Assembly: GCF_009914755.1 (NCBI RefSeq)
Contig: NC_060942.1
Origin: the human T2T-CHM13v2.0 reference genome, Homo sapiens
Length of the DNA: 64,000 nucleotides
Strand: one strand, 5' to 3'
Of the stretch, positions 24,813 to 38,370 are shown in pieces; the first letter of the stretch is position 1, and every line of letters starts with the position of its first letter. A program made the translations under genes and the position numbers. Below the pieces are notes generated by a model. The model was not told the origin of the DNA, searched no databases, and worked only from the letters and a program-made list of their open reading frames with translations.

Positions 24813-26846
24813 CATTCTCAGAAACTTGTTTGTGATGTGTGCCATCTACTGACAGAGTTGAACCTTTCTTTTCATAGAGCAGTTTTGAAACACTCTTTTT
24901 GTAGAATCTGCAAGAGGATATTTGCATAGCTTTGAGGATTTCGTGGGAAACGGGATTGTCTTCAGGTAAAATCTAGACAGAAGCATTCTCAGAAACTTCT
25001 TTGGGATGTTTGCATTCAAGTCACAGAGTAGAACATTCCCTTTGGTAGAGCAGGTTTGAAACACTCTTTTTGTAGTATCTGGAAGTGGACATTTGGAGCG
25101 CTTTCAGGCCTATGTTGGAAAGGGAAATATCTTCCCGTAACAACTAGGCAGAAGCATTCTCAAAAACTTATTTGAGATGTGTGTACTCAACTAAGAGAAT
25201 TGAACCACCGTTTTGAAGGAGCAGTTTTGAAACACTCTTTTTCTGGAATCTGCAAGAGGATATTTGCCTAGCCTTGAGGATTTCGTTGGAAACGGGATTG
25301 TCTTCAGATCAAATCTAGACAGAAGCATTCTCAGAAACTTCTTTGGGATGTTTGCATTCAAGTCACAGAGTAGAACATTCCCTTTGGTAGAGCAGGTTTG
25401 AAACACTCTTTTTTTAGTATATGGAAGTGGACATTTGGAGCGCTTTCAGGCCTACGTTGGAAAAGGAAATATCTTCCCATAACAACTAGACAGAAGCATT
25501 CTCAGAAACTAGTTTCTGATGTGTGTCCTCAACTAACACAGTTGAACATTTCTTTAGACAGAACAGTTTTGAAACTCTCTTTTTGTGGAATCTGCAAGTG
25601 GCTATTTGGCTAGATTTGAGGATTTCGTTGGAAACGGGATTACATATAAAAAGCAGACAGCAGCATTCTCAGAAAGTTCTTTGTGATGATTGCATTCAAG
25701 TCACAGAATTGAACATTCCCTTTCACAGAGCAGGTTTGAAACACTCTTTTTATAGTGTGTGTAAGTGGACATTTGGAGCACTTTCCGGCCTAAGGTGAAA
25801 AAGGAAATATCTTCCCATAAAAACTAGACAGAAGCATTCTCAGAAACTTACTCGTGATGTGTGTCCTCAACTAAAGGAGTAGAACCTTTCTTTTCATAGA
25901 GAAGTTTTGAAACGCTCTTTTTGTGGAATCTGCAAGTGGATATTTGGCTAGTTTGGAGGATTTCGTTGGAAGCGGGAATTCATACAAATTGCAGACTGCA
26001 GCGTTCTGAGAAACATCTTTGTGATGTTTGTATTCAGGACACAGAGTTGAACATTCCCTATCATAGAGCAGGTTTGAATCACTCCTTTTGTAGTATCTGG
26101 AAGTGGACATTTGGAGCGCTTTCAGGCCTATGTTGGAAAAGGAAATATCTTCCCATAACAACTAGACAGAAGCATTCTCAGAAACTTATTTGAGATGTGT
26201 GTACTCAACTAAGAGAATTGAACCACCGTTTTGAAGGAGCAGTTTTGAAACACTCTTTTTCTGGAATCTGCAAGTGGATATTTGGCTAGCTTTGGGGATT
26301 TCGCTGGAAGCGGGAATACATATAAAAAGCACACAGCAGCGTTCTGAGAAACTGCTTTCTGATGTTTGCATTCAAGTCAAAAGTTGAACACTCCCTTTCA
26401 TAGTGCAGTCTGAAACACTCCTTTTGTAGTATCTGGAACTGGACTTTTGGAGCGCTTTCAGGGCTAAGGTGAAAAAGGAAATATCTTCCCATAAAAACTG
26501 GACAGAAGCATTCTCAGAAACTTGTTTATGCTGTATCTACTCAACTAACAAAGTTGAACCTTTCTTTTGATAGAGCAGTTTTGAAATGCTCTTTTTGTGG
26601 AATCTGCAAGTGGATATTTGGCTAGTTTTGAGGATTTCGTTGGAAGCGGGAATTCATACAAATTGCAGACTGCAGCGTTCTGAGAAACATCTTTGTGATG
26701 TTTGTATTCAGGACAGAGAGTTGAACATTCCCTATCATAGAGCAGGTTGGAATCACTCCTTTTGTAGTATCTGGAAGTGGACATTTGGAGCGCTTTCTGG
26801 CCTATGTTGAAAAAGGAAATATCTTCCCATAACAACTAGACACAAG
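24813..26846. repeat. 12-mer HOR H13 (2034 bp)
   Basis: Canonical monomer order with the 1-bp m10 deletion (GCAGTCTGAAAC near 26410). Confidence 0.93.
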
Positions 26847-29556
26847 CATTCTCAGAAACTTGTTTGTGATGTGTGCCCTCTACTGACAGAGTTGAACCTT
26901 TCTTTTCATAGAGCAGTTTTGAAACACTCTTTTTGTAGAATCTGCAAGAGGATATTTGCATAGCTTTGAGGATTTCGTGGGAAACGGGATTGTCTTCAGG
27001 TAAAATCTAGACAGAAGCATTCTCAGAAACTTCTTTGGGATGTTTGCATTCAAGTCACAGAGTAGAACATTCCCTTTGGTAGAGCAGGTTTGAAACACTC
27101 TTTTTGTAGTATCTGGAAGTGGACATTTGGAGCGCTTTCAGGCCTATGTTGGAAAGGGAAATATCTTCCGGTAACAACTAGGCAGAAGCATTCTCAGAAA
27201 CTTATTTGAGATGTGTGTACTCAACTAAGAGAATTGAACCACCGTTTTGAAGGAGCAGTTTTGAAACACTCTTTTTCTGGAATCTGCAAGAGGATATTTG
27301 CCTAGCTTTGAGGATTTCGTTGGAAACGGGATTGTGTTCAGATCAAATCTAGACAGAAGCATTCTCAGAAACTTCTTTGGGATGTTTGCATTCAAGTCAC
27401 AGAGTAGAACATTCCCTTTGGTAGAGCAGGTGTGAAACACTCTTTTTTTAGTATATGGAAGTGGACATTTGGAGCGCTTTCAGGCCTACGTTGGAAAACG
27501 AAATATCTTCCCATAACAACTAGACAGAAGCATTCTCAGAAACTAGTTTCTGATGTGTGTCCTCAACTAACACAGTTGAACATTTCTTTAGACAGAACAG
27601 TTTTGAAACTCTCTTTTTGTGGAATCTGCAAGTGGCTATTTGGCTAGATTTGAGGATTTCGTTGGAAACGGGATTACATATAAAAAGCAGACAGCAGCAT
27701 TCTCAGAAAGTTCTTTGTGATGATTGCATTCAAGTCACAGAATTGAACATTCCCTTTCACAGAGCAGGTTTGAAACACTCTTTTTGTAGTGTGTGTAAGT
27801 GGACATTTGGAGCACTTTCCGGCCTAAGGTGAGAAAGGAAATATCTTCCCATAAAAACTAGACAGAAGCATTCTCAGAAACTTACTCGTGATGTGTGTCC
27901 TCAACTAAAGGAGTAGAACCTTTCTTTCATAGAGAAGTTTTGAAACGCTCTTTTTGTGGAATCTGCAAGTGGATATTTGGCTAGTTTGGAGGATTTCGTT
28001 GGAAGCGGGAATTCATACAAATTGCAGACTGCAGCGTTCTGAGAAACATCTTTGTGATGTTTGTATTCAGGACACAGAGTTGAACATTCCCTATCATAGA
28101 ACAGGTTGGAATCACTCCTTTTGTAGTATCTGGAAGTGGACATTTGGAGCGCTTTCAGGCCTACGTTGGAAAAGGAAATATCTTCCCATAACAACTAGAC
28201 AGAAGCATTCTCAGAAACTAGTTTCTGATGTGTGTCCTCAACTAACACAGTTGAACATTTCTTTAGACAGAACAGTTTTGAAACACTCTTTTTGTGGAAT
28301 CTGCAAGTGGCTATTTGGCTAGATTTGAGGATTTCGTTGGAAACGGGATTACATATAAAAAGCAGACAGCAGCATTCTCAGAAAGTTCTTTGTGATGATT
28401 GCATTCAAGTCACAGAATTGAACATTCCCTTTCACAGAGCAGGTTTGAAACACTCTTTTTGTAGTGTGTGTAAGTGGACATTTGGAGCACTTTCCGGCCT
28501 AAGGTGAAAAAGGAAATATCTTCCCATAAAAACTAGACAGAAGCACTCTCAGAAACTTACTCGTGATGTGTGTCCTCAACTAAAGGAGTAGAACCTTTCT
28601 TTTCATAGAGAAGTTTTGAAACGCTCTTTTTGTGGAATCTGCAAGTGGATATTTGGCTAGTTTGGAGGATTTCGTTGGAAGCGGGAATTCATACAAATTG
28701 CAGACTGCAGCGTTCTGAGAAACATCTTTGTGATGTTTGTATTCAGGACACAGAGTTGAACATTCCCTATCATAGAGCAGGTTTGAATCACTCCTTTTGT
28801 AGTATCTGGAAGTGGACATTTGGAGCGCTTTCAGGCCTATGTTGGAAAAGGAAATATCTTCCCATAACAACTAGACAGAAGCATTCTCAGAAACTTATTT
28901 GAGATGTGTGTACTCAACTAAGAGAATTGAACCACCGTTTTGAAGGAGCAGTTTTGAAACACTCTTTTCCTGGAATCTGCAAGTGGATATTTGGCTAGCT
29001 TTGGGGATTTCGCTGGAAGCGGGAATACATATAAAAAGCACACAGCAGCGTTCTGAGAAACTGCTTTCTGATGTTTGCATTCAAGTCAAAAGTTGAACAC
29101 TCCCTTTCATAGAGCAGTCCTGAAACACTCCTTTTGTAGTATCTGGAACTGGACTTTTGGAGCGCTTTCAGGGCTAAGGTGAAAAAGGAAATATCTTCCC
29201 ATAAAAACTGGACAGAAGCATTCTCAGAAACTTGTTTATGCTGTATCTACTCAACTAACAAAGTTGAACCTTTCTTTTGATAGAGCAGTTTTGAAATGCT
29301 CTTTTTGTGGAATCTGCAAGTGGATATTTGGCTAGTTTTGAGGATTTCGTTGGAAGCGGGAATTCATACAAATTGCAGACTGCAGCGTTCTGAGAAACAT
29401 CTTTGTGATGTTTGTATTCAGGACAGAGAGTTGAACATTCCCTATCATAGAGCAGGTTGGAATCACTCCTTTTGTAGTATCTGGAAGTGGACATTTGGAG
29501 CGCTTTCAGGCCTATGTTGAAAAAGGAAATATCTTCCCATAACAACTAGACACAAG
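26847..29556. repeat. 16-mer HOR variant H14 (m1-8 + m5-12, 2710 bp)
   Basis: The m5-m8 block appears twice (MSSTN ORFs at 27557 and 28232). The fused 122-aa ORF at 27954 crosses the junction. Confidence 0.95.
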
Positions 29557-32500
29557 CATTCTCAGAAACTTGTTTGTGATGTGTGCCCTCTACTGACAGA
29601 GTTGAACCTTTCTTTTCATAGAGCAGTTTTGAAACACTCTTTTTGTAGAATCTGCAAGAGGATATTTGCATAGCTTTGAGGATTTCGTGGGAAACGGGAT
29701 TGTCTTCAGGTAAAATCTAGACAGAAGCATTCTCAGAAACTTCTTTGGGATGTTTGCATTCAAGTCACAGAGTAGAACATTCCCTTTGGTAGAGCAGGTT
29801 TGAAACACTCTTTTTGTAGTATCTGGAAGTGGACATTTGGAGCGCTTTCAGGCCTATGTTGGAAAGGGAAATATCTTCCCGTAACAACTAGGCAGAAGCA
29901 TTCTCAGAAACTTATTTGAGATGTGTGTACTCAACTAAGAGAATTGAACCACCGTTTTGAAGGAGCAGTTTTGAAACACTCTTTTTCTGGAATCTGCAAG
30001 AGGATATTTGCCTAGCCTTGAGGATTTCGTTGGAAACGGGATTGTCTTCAGATCAAATCTAGACAGAAGCATTCTCAGAAACTTCTTTGGGATGTTTGCA
30101 TTCAAGTCACAGAGTAGAACATTCCCTTTGGTAGAGCAGGTTTGAAACACTCTTTTTTTAGTATATGGAAGTGGACATTTGGAGCGCTTTCAGGCCTACG
30201 TTGGAAAAGGAAATATCTTCCCATAACAACTAGACAGAAGCATTCTCAGAAACTAGTTTCTGATGTGTGTCCTCAACTAACACAGTTGAACATTTCTTTA
30301 GACAGAACAGTTTTGAAACTCTCTTTTTGTGGAATCTGCAAGTGGCTATTTGGCTAGATTTGAGGATTTCGTTGGAAACGGGATTACATATAAAAAGCAG
30401 ACAGCAGCATTCTCAGAAAGTTCTTTGTGATGATTGCATTCAAGTCACAGAATTGAACATTCCCTTTCACAGAGCAGGTTTGAAACACTCTTTTTATAGT
30501 GTGTGTAAGTGGACATTTGGAGCACTTTCCGGCCTAAGGTGAAAAAGGAAATATCTTCCCATAAAAACTAGACAGAAGCATTCTCAGAAACTTACTCGTG
30601 ATGTGTGTCCTCAACTAAAGGAGTAGAACCTTTCTTTTCATAGAGAAGTTTTGAAACGCTCTTTTTGTGGAATCTGCAAGTGGATATTTGGCTAGTTTGG
30701 AGGATTTCGTTGGAAGCGGGAATTCATACAAATTGCAGACTGCAGCGTTCTGAGAAACATCTTTGTGATGTTTGTATTCAGGACACAGAGTTGAACATTC
30801 CCTATCATAGAGCAGGTTGGAATCACTCCTTTTGTAGTATCTGGAAGTGGACATTTGGAGCGCTTTCAGGCCTATGTTGGAAAAGGAAATATCTTCCCAT
30901 AACAACTAGACAGAAGCATTCTCAGAAACTTATTTGAGATGTGTGTACTCAACTAAGAGAATTGAACCACCGTTTTGAAGGAGCAGTTTTGAAACACTCT
31001 TTTTCTGGAATCTGCAAGTGGATATTTGGCTAGCTTTGGGGATTTCGCTGGAGGCGGGAATACATATAAAAAGCACACAGCAGCGTTCTGAGAAACTGCT
31101 TTCTGATGTTTGCATTCAAGTCAAAAGTTGAACACTCCCTTTCATAGAGCAGTCCTGAAACACTCCTTTTGTAGTATCTGGAACTGGACTTTTGGAGCGC
31201 TTTCAGGGCTAAGGTGAAAAAGGAAATATCTTCCCATAAAAACTGGACAGAAGCATTCTCAGAAACTTGTTTATGCTGTATCTACTCAACTAACAAAGTT
31301 GAACCTTTCTTTTAATAGAGCAGTTTTGAAATGCTCTTTTTGTGGAATCTGCAAGTGGATATTTGGCTAGTTTTGAGGATTTCGTTGGAAGCGGGAATTC
31401 ATACAAATTGCAGACTGCAGCGTTCTGAGAAACATCTTTGTGATGTTTGTATTCAGGACAGAGAGTTGAACATTCCCTATCATAGAGCAGGTTGGAATCA
31501 CTCCTTTTGTAGTATCTGGAAGTGGACATTTGGAGCGCTTTCTGGCCTATGTTGAAAAAGGAAATATCTTCCCATAACAACTAGACACAAGCATTCTCAG
31601 AAACTTGTTTGTGATGTGTGCCCTCTACTGACAGAGTTGAACCTTTCTTTTCATAGAGCAGTTTTGAAACACTCTTTTTGTAGAATCTGCAAGAGGATAT
31701 TTGCATAGCTTTGAGGATTTCGTGGGAAACGGGATTGTCTTCAGGTAAAATCTAGACAGAAGCATTCTCAGAAACTTCTTTGGGATGTTTGCATTCAAGT
31801 CACAGAGTAGAACATTCCCTTTGGTAGAGCAGGTTTGAAACACTCTTTTTGTAGTATCTGGAAGGGGACATTTGGAGCGCTTTCAGGCCTATGTTGGAAA
31901 GGGAAATATCTTCCGGTAACAACTAGGCAGAAGCATTCTCAGAAACTTATTTGAGATGTGTGTACTAAACTAAGAGAATTGAACCACCGTTTTGAAGGAG
32001 CAGTTTTGAAACACTCTTTTTCTGGAATCTGCAAGAAGATATTTGCCTAGCTTTGAGGATTTCGTTGGAAACGGGATTGTGTTCAGATCAAATCTAGACA
32101 GAAGCATTCTCAGAAACTTCTTTGGGATGTTTGCATTCAAGTCACAGAGTAGAACATTCCCTTTGGTAGAGCAGGTGTGAAACACTCTTTTTTTAGTATA
32201 TGGAAGTGGACATTTGGAGCGCTTTCAGGCCTACGTTGGAAAAGGAAATATCTTCCCATAACAACTAGACAGAAGCATTCTCAGAAACTAGTTTCTGATG
32301 TGTGTCCTCAACTAACACAGTTGAACATTTCTTTAGACAGAACAGTTTTGAAACTCTCTTTTTGTGGAATCTGCAAGTGGCTATTTGGCTAGATTTGAGG
32401 ATTTCGTTGGAAACGGGATTACATATAAAAAGCAGACAGCAGCATTCTCAGAAAGTTCTTTGTGATGATTGCATTCAAGTCACAGAATTGAACATTCCCT

Positions 32501-35500
32501 TTCACAGAGCAGGCTTGAAACACTCTTTTTGTAGTGTGTGTAAGTGGACATTTGGAGCACTTTCCGGCCTAAGGTGAGAAAGGAAATATCTTCCCATAAA
32601 AACTAGACAGAAGCATTCTCAGAAACTTACTCGTGATGTGTGTCCTCAACTAAAGGAGTAGAACCTTTCTTTCATAGAGAAGTTTTGAAACGCTCTTTTT
32701 GTGGAATCTGCAAGTGGATATTTGGCTAGTTTGGAGGATTTCGTTGGAAGCGGGAATTCATACAAATTGCAGACTGCAGCGTTCTGAGAAACATCTTTGT
32801 GATGTTTGTATTCAGGACACAGAGTTGAACATTCCCTATCATAGAGCAGGTTGGAATCACTCCTTTTGTAGTATCTGGAAGTGGACATTTGGAGCGCTTT
32901 CAGGCCTATGTTGGAAAAGGAAATATCTTCCCATAACAACTAGACAGAAGCATTCTCAGAAACTTATTTGAGATGTGTGTACTCAACTAAGAGAATTGAA
33001 CCACCGTTTTGAAGGAGCAGTTTTGAAACACTCTTTTTCTGGAATCTGCAAGTGGATATTTGGCTAGCTTTGGGGATTTCGCTGGAGGCGGGAATACATA
33101 TAAAAATCACACAGCAGCGTTCTGAGAAACTGCTTTCTGATGTTTGCATTCAAGTCAAAAGTTGAACACTCCCTTTCATAGAGCAGTCCTGAAACACTCC
33201 TTTTTTAGTATCTGGAACTGGACTTTTGGAGCGCTTTCAGGGCTAAGGTGAAAAAGGAAATATCTTCCCATAAAAACTGGACAGAAGCATTCTCAGAAAC
33301 TTGTTTATGCTGTATCTACTCAACTAACAAAGTTGAACCTTTCTTTTGATAGAGCAGTTTTGAAATGCTCTTTTTGTGGAATCTGCAAGTGGATATTTGG
33401 CTAGTTTTGAGGATTTCGCTGGAAGCGGGAATTCATACAAATTGCAGACTGCAGCGTTCTGAGAAACATCTTTGTGATGTTTGTATTCAGGACAGAGAGT
33501 TGAACATTCCCTATCATAGAGCAGGTTGGAATCACTCCTTTTGTAGTATCTGGAAGTGGACATTTGGAGCGCTTTCAGGCCTATGTTGAAAAAGGAAATA
33601 TCTTCCCATAACAACTAGACACAAGCATTCTCAGAAACTTGTTTGTGATGTGTGCCCTCTACTGACAGAGTTGAACCTTTCTTTTCATAGAGCAGTTTTG
33701 AAACACTCTTTTTGTAGAATCTGCAAGAGGATATTTGCATAGCTTTGAGGATTTCGTGGGAAACGGGATTGTCTTCAGGTAAAATCTAGACAGAAGCATT
33801 CTCAGAAACTTCTTTGGGATGTTTGCATTCAAGTCACAGAGTAGAACATTCCCTTTGGTAGAGCAGGTTTGAAACACTCTTTTTGTAGTATCTGGAAGTG
33901 GACATTTGGAGCGCTTTCAGGCCTATGTTGGAAAGGGAAATATCTTCCCGTAACAACTAGGCAGAAGCATTCTCAAAAACTTATTTGAGATGTGTGTACT
34001 CAACTAAGAGAATTGAACCACCGTTTTGAAGGAGCAGTTTTGAAACACTCTTTTTCTGGAATCTGCAAGAGGATATTTGCCTAGCCTTGAGGATTTCGTT
34101 GGAAACGGGATTGTCTTCAGATCAAATCTAGACAGAAGCATTCTCAGAAACTTCTTTGGGATGTTTGCATTCAAGTCACAGAGTAGAACATTCCCTTTGG
34201 TAGAGCAGGTGTGAAACACTCTTTTTTTAGTATATGGAAGTGGACATTTAGAGCGCTTTCAGGCCTACGTTGGAAAAGGAAATATCTTCCCATAACAACT
34301 AGACAGAAGCATTCTCAGAAACTAGTTTCTGATGTGTGTCCTCAACTAACACAGTTGAACATTTCTTTAGACAGAACAGTTTTGAAACACTCTTTTTGTG
34401 GAATCTGCAAGTGGCTATTTGGCTAGATTTGAGGATTTCGTTGGAAACGGGATTACATATAAAAAGCAGACAGCAGCATTCTCAGAAAGTTCTTTGTGAT
34501 GATTGCATTCAAGTCACAGAATTGAACATTCCCTTTCACAGAGCAGGTTTGAAACACTCTTTTTGTAGTGTGTGTAAGTGGACATTTGGAGCACTTTCCG
34601 GCCTAAGGTGAAAAAGGAAATATCTTCCCATAAAAACTAGACAGAAGCACTCTCAGAAACTTACTCGTGATGTGTGTCCTCAACTAAAGGAGTAGAACCT
34701 TTCTTTTCATAGAGAAGTTTTGAAACGCTCTTTTTGTGGAATCTGCAAGTGGATATTTGGCTAGTTTGGAGGATTTCGTTGGAAGCGGGAATTCATACAA
34801 ATTGCAGACTGCAGCGTTCTGAGAAACATCTTTGTGATGTTTGTATTCAGGACACAGAGTTGAACATTCCCTATCATAGAGCAGGTTTGAATCACTCCTT
34901 TTGTAGTATCTGGAAGTGGACATTTGGAGCGCTTTCAGGCCTATGTTGGAAAAGGAAATATCTTCCCATAACAACTAGACAGAAGCATTCTCAGAAACTT
35001 ATTTGAGATGTGTGTACTCAACTAAGAGAATTGAACCACCGTTTTGAAGGAGCAGTTTTGAAACACTCTTTTTCTGGAATCTGCAAGTGGATATTTGGCT
35101 AGCTTTGGGGATTTCGCTGGAAGCGGGAATACATATAAAAAGCACACAGCAGCGTTCTGAGAAACTGCTTTCTGATGTTTGCATTCAAGTCAAAAGTTGA
35201 ACACTCCCTTTCATAGTGCAGTCCTGAAACACTCCTTTTGTAGTATCTGGAACTGGACTTTTGGAGCGCTTTCAGGGCTAAGGTGAAAAAGGAAATATCT
35301 TCCCATAAAAACTGGACAGAAGCATTCTCAGAAACTTGTTTATGCTGTATCTACTCAACTAACAAAGTTGAACCTTTCTTTTGATAGAGCAGTTTTGAAA
35401 TGCTCTTTTTGTGGAATCTGCAAGTGGATATTTGGCTAGTTTTGAGGATTTCGTTGGAAGCGGGAATTCATACAAATTGCAGACTGCAGCGTTCTGAGAA

Positions 35501-35660
35501 ACATCTTTGTGATGTTTGTATTCAGGACAGAGAGTTGAACATTCCCTATCATAGAGCAGGTTGGAATCACTCCTTTTGTAGTATCTGGAAGTGGACATTT
35601 GGAGCGCTTTCAGGCCTATGTTGAAAAAGGAAATATCTTCCCATAACAACTAGACACAAG
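29557..35660. repeat. Three 12-mer HORs (H15-H17), starting 29557, 31592, 33626
   Basis: Periods 2035, 2034, 2035 bp. Confidence 0.94.
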
Positions 35661-38370
35661 CATTCTCAGAAACTTGTTTGTGATGTGTGCCCTCTACTGA
35701 CAGAGTTGAACCTTTCTTTTCATAGAGCAGTTTTGAAACACTCTTTTTGTAGAATCTGCAAGAGGATATTTGCATAGCTTTGAGGATTTCGTGGGAAACG
35801 GGATTGTCTTCAGGTAAAATCTAGACAGAAGCATTCTCAGAAACTTCTTTGGGATGTTTGCATTCAAGTCACAGAGTAGAACATTCCCTTTGGTAGAGCA
35901 GGTTTGAAACACTCTTTTTGTAGTATCTGGAAGTGGACATTTGGAGCGCTTTCAGGCCTATGTTGGAAAGGGAAATATCTTCCGGTAACAACTAGGCAGA
36001 AGCATTCTCAGAAACTTATTTGAGATGTGTGTACTCAACTAAGAGAATTGAACCACCGTTTTGAAGGAGCAGTTTTGAAACACTCTTTTTCTGGAATCTG
36101 CAAGAGGATATTTGCCTAGCTTTGAGGATTTCGTTGGAAACGGGATTGTGTTCAGATCAAATCTAGACAGAAGCATTCTCAGAAACTTCTTTGGGATGTT
36201 TGCATTCAAGTCACAGAGTAGAACATTCCCTTTGGTAGAGCAGGTGTGAAACACTCTTTTTTTAGTATATGGAAGTGGACATTTGGAGCGCTTTCAGGCC
36301 TACGTTGGAAAACGAAATATCTTCCCATAACAACTAGACAGAAGCATTCTCAGAAACTAGTTTCTGATGTGTGTCCTCAACTAACACAGTTGAACATTTC
36401 TTTAGACAGAACAGTTTTGAAACTCTCTTTTTGTGGAATCTGCAAGTGGCTATTTGGCTAGATTTGAGGATTTCGTTGGAAACGGGATTACATATAAAAA
36501 GCAGACAGCAGCATTCTCAGAAAGTTCTTTGTGATGATTGCATTCAAGTCACAGAATTGAACATTCCCTTTCACAGAGCAGGTTTGAAACACTCTTTTTG
36601 TAGTGTGTGTAAGTGGACATTTGGAGCACTTTCCGGCCTAAGGTGAGAAAGGAAATATCTTCCCATAAAAACTAGACAGAAGCATTCTCAGAAACTTACT
36701 CGTGATGTGTGTCCTCAACTAAAGGAGTAGAACCTTTCTTTCATAGAGAAGTTTTGAAACGCTCTTTTTGTGGAATCTGCAAGTGGATATTTGGCTAGTT
36801 TGGAGGATTTCGTTGGAAGCGGGAATTCATACAAATTGCAGACTGCAGCGTTCTGAGAAACATCTTTGTGATGTTTGTATTCAGGACACAGAGTTGAACA
36901 TTCCCTATCATAGAGCAGGTTGGAATCACTCCTTTTGTAGTATCTGGAAGTGGACATTTGGAGCGCTTTCAGGCCTACGTTGGAAAAGGAAATATCTTCC
37001 CATAACAACTAGACAGAAGCATTCTCAGAAACTAGTTTCTGATGTGTGTCCTCAACTAACACAGTTGAACATTTCTGTAGACAGAACAGTTTTGAAACAC
37101 TCTTTTTGTGGAATCTGCAAGTGGCTATTTGGCTAGATTTGAGGATTTCGTTGGAAACGGGATTACATATAAAAAGCAGACAGCAGCATTCTCAGAAAGT
37201 TCTTTGTGATGATTGCATTCAAGTCACAGAATTGAACATTCCCTTTCACAGAGCAGGTTTGAAACACTCTTTTTGTAGTGTGTGTAAGTGGACATTTGGA
37301 GCACTTTCCGGCCTAAGGTGAAAAAGGAAATATCTTCCCATAAAAACTAGACAGAAGCACTCTCAGAAACTTACTCGTGATGTGTGTCCTCAACTAAAGG
37401 AGTAGAACCTTTCTTTTCATAGAGAAGTTTTGAAACGCTCTTTTTGTGGAATCTGCAAGTGGATATTTGGCTAGTTTGGAGGATTTCGTTGGAAGCGGGA
37501 ATTCATACAAATTGCAGACTGCAGCGTTCTGAGAAACATCTTTGTGATGTTTGTATTCAGGACACAGAGTTGAACATTCCCTATCATAGAGCAGGTTTGA
37601 ATCACTCCTTTTGTAGTATCTGGAAGTGGACATTTGGAGCGCTTTCAGGCCTATGTTGGAAAAGGAAATATCTTCCCATAACAACTAGACAGAAGCATTC
37701 TCAGAAACTTATTTGAGATGTGTGTACTCAACTAAGAGAATTGAACCACCGTTTTGAAGGAGCAGTTTTGAAACACTCTTTTCCTGGAATCTGCAAGTGG
37801 ATATTTGGCTAGCTTTGGGGATTTCGCTGGAAGCGGGAATACATATAAAAAGCACACAGCAGCGTTCTGAGAAACTGCTTTCTGATGTTTGCATTCAAGT
37901 CAAAAGTTGAACACTCCCTTTCATAGTGCAGTCCTGAAACACTCCTTTTGTAGTATCTGGAACTGGACTTTTGGAGCGCTTTCAGGGCTAAGGTGAAAAA
38001 GGAAATATCTTCCCATAAAAACTGGACAGAAGCATTCTCAGAAACTTGTTTATGCTGTATCTACTCAACTAACAAAGTTGAACCTTTCTTTTGATAGAGC
38101 AGTTTTGAAATGCTCTTTTTGTGGAATCTGCAAGTGGATATTTGGCTAGTTTTGAGGATTTCGTTGGAAGCGGGAATTCATACAAATTGCAGACTGCAGC
38201 GTTCTGAGAAACATCTTTGTGATGTTTGTATTCAGGACAGAGAGTTGAACATTCCCTATCATAGAGCAGGTTGGAATCACTCCTTTTGTAGTATCTGGAA
38301 GTGGACATTTGGAGCGCTTTCAGGCCTATGTTGAAAAAGGAAATATCTTCCCATAACAACTAGACACAAG
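35661..38370. repeat. 16-mer HOR variant H18 (m1-8 + m5-12, 2710 bp)
   Basis: Same junction as H14; 122-aa ORF at 36768. Confidence 0.95.

Noticed and set aside
27954-28322. Longest ORF (122 aa), recurring at 36768, 45582, 50326, 55071
   Set aside because: A by-product of the m8-to-m5 junction bypassing a stop codon, and truncated by a frameshift in H28. Useful only as a junction marker.
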